Positions 1 to 9,082 of a DNA stretch of 64,000 bases are shown piece after piece. Under the pieces are notes generated by a model. That model saw nothing but the letters and a program-made list of their open reading frames with translations. It did not search any database and had not been told where the DNA came from. The translations under genes were made by a program, and so were the position numbers. Source of the DNA: Fimbriimonadia bacterium (GTDB taxonomy: Bacteria > Armatimonadota > Fimbriimonadia > Fimbriimonadales > JABRVX01). Where the stretch lies: contig JBGPGO010000002.1 of the NCBI GenBank assembly GCA_041483895.1, forward strand, positions 128,001 through 192,000, given 5' to 3'. Numbering within the stretch: position 1 is the first letter of the stretch; each line of letters opens with the position of its first letter.

Positions 1-350
1 TGCGAGAATTGTTGCCGCTTTTCTATCAGACTGGAGTTCGGCGGGATGAGATCGCGCGGCTTACCGCCTCCCTCAGCGCATACCAAAATGAACCCCTGAT
101 CGCGGAGCTGTTCGAGCAGGCCGGGCTCGATTTGGCGGCGGTAGCCGTTGGGACCGCGCGCAAACTGTACAAGCCGGAGGAGGCGTTTCCGGTTGCGATG
201 AGCGGCGGCGTTTGGCAGGAGAACGGCCGCCTAACAAGTATGTTTGAACGAAACTTTCAGATGATTTTCCCGGCGGCGGAATTTCGGCGGGAGGTGTATG
301 GTCCGCCGAAAGGTTTGGCTTTGCGGGTTATGAAGGATGTGATGAAATGA
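1..350 (+). CDS. Sugar kinase / BadF-type ATPase family protein, C-terminal part (5'-truncated by window)
   Basis: EIARL...ELFEQAGLDLA...PVAMSGGVW motifs typical of N-acetylglucosamine kinase/BadF C-terminus; stop overlaps next ATG (ATGA). Confidence 0.6.
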   Translation, partial: RELLPLFYQTGVRRDEIARLTASLSAYQNEPLIAELFEQAGLDLAAVAVGTARKLYKPEEAFPVAMSGGVWQENGRLTSMFERNFQMIFPAAEFRREVYGPPKGLALRVMKDVMK

Positions 351-1090
351 GCGCATACGACGATTATTTTGATAGGCTGACTGACCACCTGCAGCGGCTG
401 CGGACCACCTCGCGGGCTGCGATTGAAGAATGCGCGGAAGTGTGCGTCGAAAGTCTTTTGTCCGGCGGGGCGATCCATGTGTTCGACACCGGCCATCTGG
501 TTTCGCGGGAGCTGATCAACCGCGCCGGGGGTCTTGCCGCGTTTCTCCCGTTCAATGTGACGCTGACGGTGGACAATCCGCATCCGGGCCGAACGGCGGA
601 GAAGGATGTGCGGGGCGATGCGCCGGGGACATCAGAGTTGGTCGCGGCGGCCTTTTCTCGCAGTTCTGTTCGCGCGGGCGATGTGATGATCGTCGGAAGC
701 GTATCCGGCAACTCGCCGATGCCGGTGGAGGTGTGTCTGCACGCGGGCCGCAAAGGGCTCAAAACGATTGCGCTCACCGCGGTCGCATATTCCTCGCGTT
801 TGGAATCGCGGCATCCATCCGAAAAGCGATTGTTCGAGGCGGCGGATCACACGATTGATAATGGCGCGCCGTTTGGCGATGCCATGATGAGGATGGCGGG
901 GTTGGAAGAGGAGTTCGGTCCGTTTTCCGGAATCGGCGCGGTGGTTTCGTTGTGGGCGCTTGGGGCCGAAATCTGCGAGCGCATGGTGGCGCGCGGCATG
1001 CCGCCGACGGTGTTCGCAAGCATCAATCGATCGGATGGTCCGGAGCGATACGAAAAGGCCAAGAAGAGATTTTTGGACAAGGGTTATTGA
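347..1090 (+). CDS. SIS-domain sugar isomerase-like protein (UPF0309-like)
   Basis: IHVFDTGH, RAGGLA, GDVMIVGSVSGNS, IDNGAPFGDA motifs. Confidence 0.8.
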   Translation: MSAYDDYFDRLTDHLQRLRTTSRAAIEECAEVCVESLLSGGAIHVFDTGHLVSRELINRAGGLAAFLPFNVTLTVDNPHPGRTAEKDVRGDAPGTSELVAAAFSRSSVRAGDVMIVGSVSGNSPMPVEVCLHAGRKGLKTIALTAVAYSSRLESRHPSEKRLFEAADHTIDNGAPFGDAMMRMAGLEEEFGPFSGIGAVVSLWALGAEICERMVARGMPPTVFASINRSDGPERYEKAKKRFLDKGY

Positions 1091-1824
1091 TGGAGTATTT
1101 AACCATTGTCCGCGAGCTACTGCTTAAGGTGCAAAAAGAGTCCGGCGAGGCGATGCGCACGGCGTCGGAGTGGGTGGCGGATGCGATCGTAAACGACAGG
1201 ATTATCTGGGTGTTTGGCTCCGGCCATGCGGGGATTCTGGCGGACGAAACCTTCTATCGCGCGGGCGGATTGGCATGCGTGTCGCCTATTCACATCCCGG
1301 GGTTACTGACTTCGGATACCCCGATCACGATCACGACCGAGCACGAGCGGGAAGACGGATACGCCCTTGCGTTCATGCCGTATGTGCCAATTCACCAAGG
1401 CGATATCGTGATCGTGCATTCCGTTTCCGGGCGCAACGCCGCGCCGGTGGAGGTGGCGGAGTACGCGAACGAAAGAGATGCGCATACGATTGGCATTACG
1501 TCGCTCGAGTACGCCAAGTCTTCGACGGCGCGAAACGCGCTTGACAGGCTGCTGCACGAAGTGGTTGATCTGGTGATCGACGATTGCGCTCCGATCGGCG
1601 ATGCCGCCGTGCGAATCGAAGGGATGACGCAATTGTGCTCACCCGTCTCCACAGTGCTCGGCGCGGCGATCCTGCACACGATTTTCTCTGAGGCGTGTCG
1701 TCTTCTTGTGGCGCTAGGAATCGAGCCCCCGGTGTTCCGTTCCGCCAATTTGGAAGGTGGGGATGAATATAACAAATCCCTCCTCGACCGATACCGCGGT
1801 CGTGTCACCTATCTGTCGCCTTGA
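1090..1824 (+). CDS. SIS-domain sugar isomerase-like protein (UPF0309-like), paralog of upstream gene
   Basis: VFGSGHA, YRAGGLA, HSVSGRN, SANLEGGD motifs; ATG 1090 overlaps upstream stop (TGATG). Confidence 0.85.
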   Translation: MEYLTIVRELLLKVQKESGEAMRTASEWVADAIVNDRIIWVFGSGHAGILADETFYRAGGLACVSPIHIPGLLTSDTPITITTEHEREDGYALAFMPYVPIHQGDIVIVHSVSGRNAAPVEVAEYANERDAHTIGITSLEYAKSSTARNALDRLLHEVVDLVIDDCAPIGDAAVRIEGMTQLCSPVSTVLGAAILHTIFSEACRLLVALGIEPPVFRSANLEGGDEYNKSLLDRYRGRVTYLSP

Positions 1825-1850
1825 ACGATGCGAACGTCAATGAAAGTGTC

Positions 1851-2003
1851 ACAATGTCATTCCAAGTATGACAATGTCATACTGAGTAACACAATGTCAT
1901 TCTGAGCCTGTCGAAGAATCCCTTTCTTGAGTGTTTGCTTATTGATAGCGTTGGCGGATGGCGAGAGGTCCTGAAAGGGATTCTTCGACAGGCTCAGAAT
2001 GAC
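1851..2003. repeat. 20-bp tandem repeats leading into a REP-like element with a perfect 31-bp inverted repeat
   Basis: ACAATGTCAT at 1851, 1871, 1891; GTCATTCTGAGCCTGTCGAAGAATCCCTTTC (1896-1926) is the exact reverse complement of 1973-2003. Confidence 0.85.
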
Positions 2004-2132
2004 GGTATTATTGGGCCCGAATGACAGCATTGTTGGCCCGGAATCGCGTACATTTCATTGACGATCGCATCGTCAAGAACCCGTGCGCATGACGATGCGA
2101 TCGTCAATAAAAGGAAGAAGCTCTGGAGCAAG

Positions 2133-2777
2133 CTAAAGCGTCCGGCTACCGGCCGGGTTGAGATTGATGCAGGCGATGGCGGTTGTCGCAACGCAGCGCA
2201 GATCTTCCACGGGGCCCACATTTCGCACATACCAGACATCCGACGCGATCTTGCGCGGCAACAGCGTGTACTTGTAAAACGAATCGGGGTCCGGCTGCTC
2301 CGCCAACATCTCTTCCTCATGCCGGCACATCACCTGTGTCGGCCCGGTAATGCCGGGACGGACGCTGAGAATCGTGCGTCGCTCGTCATCGGGGTAATGG
2401 CTCTTGATGAAAAACGCGACCTGCGGACGTGGGCCGACGATGCTCATGTCGCCGCACAGAACATTCCACAATTGGGGCAATTCGTCCAATTTGGTCTTTC
2501 TCAAAAATCGTCCGACCTTCGTCACGCGCGGGTCGCCGGCGGTTGTAACTGCGGCACCCTCCTGGTCCGCCGTTTTTCGCATTGTGCGAAACTTTATCAT
2601 CCTAAATCGCCGCCCGGACCGGCCGCACCGAACATGCCGATAGAACACGGGTCCCGGCGATCCGAGCTTCACAGCCACTGCGACAACAGCCATGAGCGGA
2701 GACAAAACGATAAGAAGCAGCATCGCCATCGCGACATCCGCAAGACGTTTCAGCCCCGAGTAGATGCCGCTACCCAT
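2133..2777 (-). CDS. Bacterial sugar transferase (priming phosphoglycosyl transferase)
   Basis: KRLADV, KFRTM, DPRVTKVGRFLRKTKLDELPQLWNVLCGDMSIVGPRP, RPGITG; ATG 2777 overlaps upstream gene end. Confidence 0.95.
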   Translation of the reverse strand: MGSGIYSGLKRLADVAMAMLLLIVLSPLMAVVAVAVKLGSPGPVFYRHVRCGRSGRRFRMIKFRTMRKTADQEGAAVTTAGDPRVTKVGRFLRKTKLDELPQLWNVLCGDMSIVGPRPQVAFFIKSHYPDDERRTILSVRPGITGPTQVMCRHEEEMLAEQPDPDSFYKYTLLPRKIASDVWYVRNVGPVEDLRCVATTAIACINLNPAGSRTL

Positions 2778-3888
2778 TGGCAAGCTCCCGGACCGCCTGG
2801 GCTACGCCAATCGCCTGGTCCTCGGTCATGTCCAATCGCAGCGGGAGAGGGAGCATTCGGCTGTGCCATATCTCGCTGTTCGGCGCATCGTCGGCGCGTA
2901 TTCTCAACGCCTGCTGGAAGAACGGATGCGCCGGCAATGGCCTGGCCAAATGCTGTTCCCCCGTGCTCATCGATCGCAGCCGCTCCAAGAACGCAAATTT
3001 AGAAAGACCGGTCGCCTCGAAGTCCACCCGGACTCCGTACTGGCAGTGCAAGTCCCCGGTCAGCAGATATTCGGGCGCCTGGATGCGATTCGATCCATGA
3101 AACCGTTCCGAATAGATGCCCGCCAACTCCGTCAAGTGATGGATCGAAGCGTCCATGACATCGTATCGGACCTGGCACAGCACGGCCTCGACAGCGGTCA
3201 TCCGGCAATCAAATCCCGCAACTGTCTGCACACCGGTCGGCGTATGTCGACCGCCCCTCCGAAAAGACCGCAGCTTTTCCCCCAGCACATCCATGCTGGT
3301 CAGCACCGCGCCGCCCACGATTCCCGGAAATGCGGCAGACTTGCTGAAATCGACGAACGAGAGATGGCCGAGCGCACCAACACCGTAACGCGAGTAGTGA
3401 CAGCCAAGCATCCCGCCAACCTCTTCGAGCACAACGGCCCCGTTGTCCATAGCCAAATCCACGATCTCTTCCATGGGCGTGACACTGCCAAGCACGTGGG
3501 GGATGGCGATCACTTTCGTCCGCTTTCCCATCAACTTGCCGAGCTTTGCTAGGTCGATGTGTTGGCACAATGGCGAGCAGTCCGCGACACGGATTCGGCA
3601 TGGCTTGCTCGCAAACGCCGTTGCAAGAGTTGTGGACGTGAACGGGCTGAGAATCACCTCGTCCTTCGTACCCAAATCGAGGGCCTCGACCGCCATCAAA
3701 GCCGCCATCCCCGCGACGTTCGCTGTCACCGCCTGCTTCACGCCGACGCGCTGTGCAAGGTCCTGTTCGAAGATATCCACAGACAAATTGCTTCTCCCAA
3801 CAATCTGGGAAATTGCCGCGAGGTCTTCTTGGACAAAGCCAACCGGTTTGCCGGATTCAGCGGCGAACTGCGTGAGAGTCCGATCCAT
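2770..3888 (-). CDS. DegT/DnrJ/EryC1/StrS aminotransferase-like protein with degenerate active site
   Basis: DEVILSPFT, RTKVIAIPHVLG, GGAVLT, LPLPLRLDMT match the family layout; PLP motifs altered (see findings). Confidence 0.75.
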   Translation of the reverse strand: MDRTLTQFAAESGKPVGFVQEDLAAISQIVGRSNLSVDIFEQDLAQRVGVKQAVTANVAGMAALMAVEALDLGTKDEVILSPFTSTTLATAFASKPCRIRVADCSPLCQHIDLAKLGKLMGKRTKVIAIPHVLGSVTPMEEIVDLAMDNGAVVLEEVGGMLGCHYSRYGVGALGHLSFVDFSKSAAFPGIVGGAVLTSMDVLGEKLRSFRRGGRHTPTGVQTVAGFDCRMTAVEAVLCQVRYDVMDASIHHLTELAGIYSERFHGSNRIQAPEYLLTGDLHCQYGVRVDFEATGLSKFAFLERLRSMSTGEQHLARPLPAHPFFQQALRIRADDAPNSEIWHSRMLPLPLRLDMTEDQAIGVAQAVRELANG

Positions 3889-3889
3889 G

Positions 3890-4972
3890 TTAGGCAGCGG
3901 TTTCCTCCAGGAGGCCGTCGGCGACCGGCATGGTTGGAGCGGGACGATACGGCATCGCCTTCTTCGCCCATCCGCGCGCCGTCACCACGCCTGCCATCAC
4001 CCCCAACCCGTGTCCGAAGTGCAAAACGGGGAACACAAATGGGCAGAGAAGAGCCGCCACCGATCGGCGCGATAAAAGAAGATCGAGCGTCGCCACCGCT
4101 GAGGCAAACAGATAGGCCGCGGCGCAGAAAACCAACACGGACATCGCAATCGGCGTGGCAATCGCGGCGGCGGCAAGCAGCAACGCGGCCGCAGTCACGA
4201 TCCCCGGGATCGCGTGTCGCATCGCGAATGCCTCCGGGCAGACGAGCCAAGAATAGACATCCCATTTGCCGTCGGAAAACTTTTGCTTCAGAAGCGCTCG
4301 CAGGTTTGGCCGCGCGTAATAGCTGCAGGCCAGGCTTCCGTCCAGGAAGATGCGCCCCCCGGCTTTGCGGATGCGGGAGTTCAATTCATAGTCTTGGTGG
4401 CGCGTCAGGCATTCTTGAAAGAGACCGGTGGAGTTGAAAACGCTGCGCCGATAGGAACCAAAGGGGACCGTATCAACGAACCCCTCCTTCGACCCGATTC
4501 GGTACCCGGCGTTGCCGACCCCGAACGGATGCGTCAGACACAAAGAGATGGCTTTCGCCATCGCCGTCTTCGCCCCTGGCAGAGTGCGCCATGATCCACC
4601 GACGTTGTCCGCGCCGGTCGCCAGCAGGCTGTGAACGCTCTGCCTTACGTAGTTGGCCGGATATTCGGCATGGGCGTCCACGCGAACGATCACATCGCCG
4701 TGGCTGGCCCGGATGCCTCGGTTCATCCCGAACGGCACGGTCCGATCCGGGTTGCGGATCAGACGCACGCGTGGGTCAAACCGCGCGATCTCGAAGACAA
4801 TCCCGGCGGTTCTGTCGTCGCTGTCTCCGTCCACAACGAGGATCTCCATCGAATCGTGAGGATAATCACAATTCAACAGCGATTGCATGCAAGCGCGTAT
4901 GTAGTTTTCCTCGTTCCGGGCAGGTAGAACGATGCTTACAAATGGTAACTGATTGGCAATGATTGCGGCCAT
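3890..4972 (-). CDS. Glycosyltransferase family 2 (ExoA-like)
   Basis: VSIVLPARNEE, VVDGDSDD, RVDAH, QDYELNSRIRKAG, C-terminal TM helices. Confidence 0.92.
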   Translation of the reverse strand: MAAIIANQLPFVSIVLPARNEENYIRACMQSLLNCDYPHDSMEILVVDGDSDDRTAGIVFEIARFDPRVRLIRNPDRTVPFGMNRGIRASHGDVIVRVDAHAEYPANYVRQSVHSLLATGADNVGGSWRTLPGAKTAMAKAISLCLTHPFGVGNAGYRIGSKEGFVDTVPFGSYRRSVFNSTGLFQECLTRHQDYELNSRIRKAGGRIFLDGSLACSYYARPNLRALLKQKFSDGKWDVYSWLVCPEAFAMRHAIPGIVTAAALLLAAAAIATPIAMSVLVFCAAAYLFASAVATLDLLLSRRSVAALLCPFVFPVLHFGHGLGVMAGVVTARGWAKKAMPYRPAPTMPVADGLLEETAA

Positions 4973-5038
4973 TCACAGGTCTCCGAATAAGACTTCCCCA
5001 CAGGAAGTTATGGGTTCATTGCTCGTTCGGGAATAGGG

Positions 5039-5800
5039 TTACGTGCCCGCTTGGAGGAATACGCTTTCCACTTCCTCCACAGCCTTTTCGAGCGCCGCGA
5101 ACTCGGTTTTATAGGCTTCGAGATGGGTGACCAAGTCCGAGGAGGGCATCTCCACCTTGCCTCCCGTTACCCGATAGTCCAGCATTTTCAGACGCAGGCT
5201 GTCCAGGGCGCTGATCAGCACGGCGGTCTGGGCCTCGGTTCGCTCCACGCCGGCCATCAGCTTCTGATAGTGCTGTCGATATTCGTCCTGGTTCTTCTGG
5301 GCGAGGTCGTAGAGCGATTGGGCCTGGCTGTCGACGGCGGGGACGGAGGCCATGGGCATCTGCGAGATGTTCTTCTCACTTTCATCGATCAGACCCCGGA
5401 CGGAATCGGCGCGCCGCAAAGCCATGTAGATGGAATCGACCACGCGGCGAATGGAGCTTGGCGTATCGCTTAGGGTGTCCTTTACAATCTTGGGGCTGCC
5501 GCGATAGGCGTTCTCGAAGCGGGTCATGCGGTCGGCGATGGTCGTCCAGAGATGGCCGTATTTTAGGAGCCGGAAGCGGAATCTCTCCCTTTGGAGGTAG
5601 GCGGCGATGACCCATCCGGCCAAGCCGGCGACAAGGGTGAGGGCCGCGTATGGGATGAATTCCGGTCCCATGTGCCAATGGTGAAACGGACCGGTGATGA
5701 GCATGACAATCACAGACGTCACAACGCCCCGCCACAATGCCCGCCCGGTGAACATGGAGCGGCGCACAACCCGAAGTTCGTCGCGTTGGCGGTCAGTCAT
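5039..5800 (-). CDS. Hypothetical membrane-anchored coiled-coil protein
   Basis: ATG at 5800 overlaps gatA stop (ATGA); two N-terminal TM segments then long helical region. Confidence 0.7.
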   Translation of the reverse strand: MTDRQRDELRVVRRSMFTGRALWRGVVTSVIVMLITGPFHHWHMGPEFIPYAALTLVAGLAGWVIAAYLQRERFRFRLLKYGHLWTTIADRMTRFENAYRGSPKIVKDTLSDTPSSIRRVVDSIYMALRRADSVRGLIDESEKNISQMPMASVPAVDSQAQSLYDLAQKNQDEYRQHYQKLMAGVERTEAQTAVLISALDSLRLKMLDYRVTGGKVEMPSSDLVTHLEAYKTEFAALEKAVEEVESVFLQAGT

Positions 5801-7254
5801 GCGATGGGTGGCCGCCTCGTGTGCCAATCGGTGCGGTGCTCGTATGCGAAGGCGGCGCGAAGGACCGTCTCCTCGTCGAACGGCTTTCCAATGATCTGCA
5901 GTCCGACCGGCAGGCCCTCCGAGAAACCGCAGTTGACGCTGATCGCGCACGTCCCCAGCATGTTTGCCGGGATGGTGAGCAGGTCCGCCATCTTCAGTGA
6001 CAGCGGGTCGTCATCGAACTCGCCGATCTTGAACGCCACGGTAGGGCTCGTGGGACCGGCGATCACGTCGAATCGTTCGAACAGCTCCTCGAACTCCATC
6101 CGCATCTTGGTCCGCACCTTTTGCGCGTGCAGGTAATAGGCGTCGTAGTATCCCGCCGAGAGCGCATAGGTTCCGATCAGGATTCGGCGCTTGACCTCCT
6201 CCCCAAATCCCTCCTCCCGCGTCTGCTCTACCAAATCAACGTGACCCGCGTCGCTCTTCGTTCGATAGCCAAAGCGCACGCCATCGTACCGGGCCAAGTT
6301 CGATGAGGCTTCGCAAGGCGCGATGATGTAATAGGTCGCCACGCCGTACTCGGTGCTCGGCAGGCTCGCCTCCTCTATGGACGCTCCGGCCTGTTCCAGC
6401 ACGCCGAGCGCCGCCTGGACCGTATCCCGAACGCCAGCCTCTATCCCATCGCCCATGAACTCCTTCGGGACCCCGATGCGAAGTCCGCCGACATCCTTGG
6501 ACAAGGCGCGGGTGAAGTCAGGTACGGGCATGTCCAGCGACGTCGCATCCAGCTCATCGTGGCCGCAGATGACGTTCAGCAGCTGGGCGCAGTCGGTTAC
6601 GTCGCGGGCAAATGGGCCGATCTGGTCCAGGGAGCTGCTAAAAGCGACCAGGCCGTAGCGGCTGACCCGCCCGTACGTCGGCTTCATCCCCACAATCCCT
6701 GTCAATGCTGCGGGCTGGCGTATCGAGCCGCCGGTGTCGGACCCGAGCGCCAACGGCGTCATCCCCGCGCAGACCGACGCCGCCGAGCCGCCGCTGGACC
6801 CGCCGGGCACCCGATCCAGGTCCCATGGGTTGTGGGAGGGGCCATAGTGCGAGTACTCGGTGCTGGAACCCATGGCGAATTCGTCCAAGTTCGTCTTGCC
6901 GATCAGCACCATTCCGGCATCGTGCAACTTTTGAACAGCCGTAGCGTTGTAGCTGGGCTTATAGCCTTCCAGAATCTTTGACCCGCACGTGGTGAGCAGC
7001 CCGCGGGTGCACATGTTGTCTTTGACCGCTATCGGAATGCCCAGCAATGGGGACGGGTCTCCGTCGTCCAATCGCTTTTGGGCGTGGTCGGCAGCCAGGA
7101 AGGCCCCTGCCTCATCGACAGTGATAAACGCATGTACCGCGCCGTCGAGGGATCGAATGCGATCAAGCGCCGCCTCGGTCAGCTGGCGGACAGAGATCTC
7201 CTTCGACCGAAGCTTCCCAGCAAGCTCATGGGCTGTCAGGAAATCCAGGCTCAC
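5797..7254 (-). CDS. gatA: Asp-tRNA(Asn)/Glu-tRNA(Gln) amidotransferase subunit A
   Basis: [59 protein letters not shown] start overlaps gatC stop. Confidence 0.97.
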   Translation of the reverse strand: MSLDFLTAHELAGKLRSKEISVRQLTEAALDRIRSLDGAVHAFITVDEAGAFLAADHAQKRLDDGDPSPLLGIPIAVKDNMCTRGLLTTCGSKILEGYKPSYNATAVQKLHDAGMVLIGKTNLDEFAMGSSTEYSHYGPSHNPWDLDRVPGGSSGGSAASVCAGMTPLALGSDTGGSIRQPAALTGIVGMKPTYGRVSRYGLVAFSSSLDQIGPFARDVTDCAQLLNVICGHDELDATSLDMPVPDFTRALSKDVGGLRIGVPKEFMGDGIEAGVRDTVQAALGVLEQAGASIEEASLPSTEYGVATYYIIAPCEASSNLARYDGVRFGYRTKSDAGHVDLVEQTREEGFGEEVKRRILIGTYALSAGYYDAYYLHAQKVRTKMRMEFEELFERFDVIAGPTSPTVAFKIGEFDDDPLSLKMADLLTIPANMLGTCAISVNCGFSEGLPVGLQIIGKPFDEETVLRAAFAYEHRTDWHTRRPPIA

Positions 7255-7547
7255 TCTCCGTCGTCCAAGATTGCAGGAACGATGAACAGTCCGTCGCGGG
7301 CCTGAATCGAAGCCTGGAGAAGCTCCGGGCCGCACTGCTGATCGACCACCCGGTCTTCCCTCCAAACATTGTGAACGGGAACGCTGTGCGAGGTCGGCTC
7401 AAGCCCATCCACATTGACCTGCCGGAGCCTGTCAAATACATCTACCATCTCCTGGAGGTGGCCGATCATGCCTTCCATTTCCTCGTCGGTCATCTGCATT
7501 CTCGCCAGCTTTGCTACATGCCGGACCTGGTCAATCGTTAGGGACAT
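7251..7547 (-). CDS. gatC: Amidotransferase subunit C
   Basis: VRHVAKLAR...EPTSH...REDRV...FIVPAIL; directly upstream of gatA. Confidence 0.95.
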   Translation of the reverse strand: MSLTIDQVRHVAKLARMQMTDEEMEGMIGHLQEMVDVFDRLRQVNVDGLEPTSHSVPVHNVWREDRVVDQQCGPELLQASIQARDGLFIVPAILDDGE

Positions 7548-7614
7548 GGAGCTATTCTAGCACGGGTTTCCTCGCAACCCGGCAATCTCCACCTGGGCCG
7601 CCGGGCCCCACAGT

Positions 7615-7630
7615 TGGCATACATCTTGCA
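7615..7630 (+). promoter_or_regulatory. Sigma-54 (-24/-12) promoter upstream of rpoN
   Basis: TGGCAT-ACATC-TTGCA; GG (7616-7617) N10 GC (7628-7629). Confidence 0.7.
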
Positions 7631-7702
7631 GGGAGCGGCGACCTTGAGGGGCGGCATCCCGATTGGCAATACCCTGATTTGCGGGAAGGCGAGGAAAGCA
7701 CT

Positions 7703-9073
7703 TTGCGACCGTCACAAAGGTTCGAACAACAGGTCACGACGCGCGTAGACCCCAAGCTCGTGATGGCAAGCTCAGTACTCCAAATGACCCAGCAGGAGCT
7801 CGAGGTTGCGATCGACGCGGAGCTCAACGATAATCCGGCATTGGAGCGTATCGAGGAAGACATCATCACGCTGGACGATGCCGGCATCGCGGACAGCTTG
7901 ATGGGAAGAAGCGATGCGAGCTTCCGATTTTCTTCCGACGAGACCTATCACGTCCGCAACTTCGATCCGGACGACGAAACGCACGACTGGACCGACATGG
8001 TGGCGTCGCCAGTTTCTCTCACCGATAACCTCCGCGCGCAGCTGCTTCCATTGGTCCCACCGCATTTGCAGAATTTGGCCAGAGATATGGTGGATGCCGT
8101 CAATGCCCGCGGATATATAGAAATGGAGATCGAAGAGCTGGCGCTCACATTCGATGCGTCCATGGACGATGTGGACCTGGTGCTGCGTAAACTGCACGGG
8201 TGCGAGCCGACTGGGATCGGGGCGCGGGATTTGCGGGAGTGTCTGCTGATCCAGATACGGCAGATGCCGCAATCGCCGGTGCGCGATTTGGCGGCGCGCA
8301 TGATCAAGGACGGCTGGGAGGATTTCACGAAGCGGCGATTCCAAAAGTTGGGGCGTCGCTTCAAGGCTTTGCCGGCTTTGGCGGATGCAGCGGCAAATCT
8401 CGTCGCCGGTCTGAACCCGTTTCCGGGTGAGGCGTTCCGAGCCGATTGGGAGATGAACAGCACGAGCGCGCCGCACAGCGTGGTCCCCGACGTGATCATC
8501 CGGAGATCGGAAGCCGGATATGAAGTAGACATCCGCGGCTTCGATCCGGGCCTTCTGTCTGTCAATGGCGGGTATAAGCGGCTCTTCCAAGATCGCGCCA
8601 AACTCAGCGTCGACGAGAAAAAGCACGTCGTTCAGTATGTGGACCGCGCCTCGAATTTTATCACCAGCATTCAGCAACGCCGGCGCACACTAAAAAAGAT
8701 CGTCGAGTACCTGTTGGATACCCAGGAAGGGTTCATCGCGACGGGATCCTATCGGTTTTTGCGCTCCCTTACCCGTATGCAGTTGGCCAAGGAGATCGGG
8801 GTCCACGAAAGCACGGTCTCGCGCGCGACAATGAACAAATTCGTGCAGCTCCCTTCGCAGGAGGTGGTGTCGTTCGATGTGTTCTTCAAGCCGGCCTTGC
8901 GGGTGCAGAAGGCGATCGAGGAGATCCTGATGCATGAAAATCCACTGAACCCTTTGAGCGATGAACGGATATCGCAGATGCTGAAGGAGCAAGGGATCGA
9001 AGTGGCGCGCCGGACGATCAACAAGTACCGGGAGCAGCTCAACATCCTCTCCTCCCGCCGCCGCCGCGCGTAG
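7703..9073 (+). CDS. rpoN: RNA polymerase sigma-54 factor
   Basis: NPALE, EPTGIGARDLRECLLIQ, HESTVSRA, PLSDERI, RpoN box ARRTINKYRE; TTG start after GAGG chosen by inference. Confidence 0.95.
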   Translation: MRPSQRFEQQVTTRVDPKLVMASSVLQMTQQELEVAIDAELNDNPALERIEEDIITLDDAGIADSLMGRSDASFRFSSDETYHVRNFDPDDETHDWTDMVASPVSLTDNLRAQLLPLVPPHLQNLARDMVDAVNARGYIEMEIEELALTFDASMDDVDLVLRKLHGCEPTGIGARDLRECLLIQIRQMPQSPVRDLAARMIKDGWEDFTKRRFQKLGRRFKALPALADAAANLVAGLNPFPGEAFRADWEMNSTSAPHSVVPDVIIRRSEAGYEVDIRGFDPGLLSVNGGYKRLFQDRAKLSVDEKKHVVQYVDRASNFITSIQQRRRTLKKIVEYLLDTQEGFIATGSYRFLRSLTRMQLAKEIGVHESTVSRATMNKFVQLPSQEVVSFDVFFKPALRVQKAIEEILMHENPLNPLSDERISQMLKEQGIEVARRTINKYREQLNILSSRRRRA

Positions 9074-9082
9074 ACACAATCT

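Noticed and set aside
1831..1910. Possible CRISPR array from ACAATGTCAT repeats
   Set aside because: Repeat and spacer are only 10 nt each, there are three units, and no cas genes are present
2058..4437. Long plus-strand ORFs (2058-3002, 2764-3552, 3559-4437)
   Set aside because: Shadow frames antisense to well-supported glycosylation genes in GC-rich DNA
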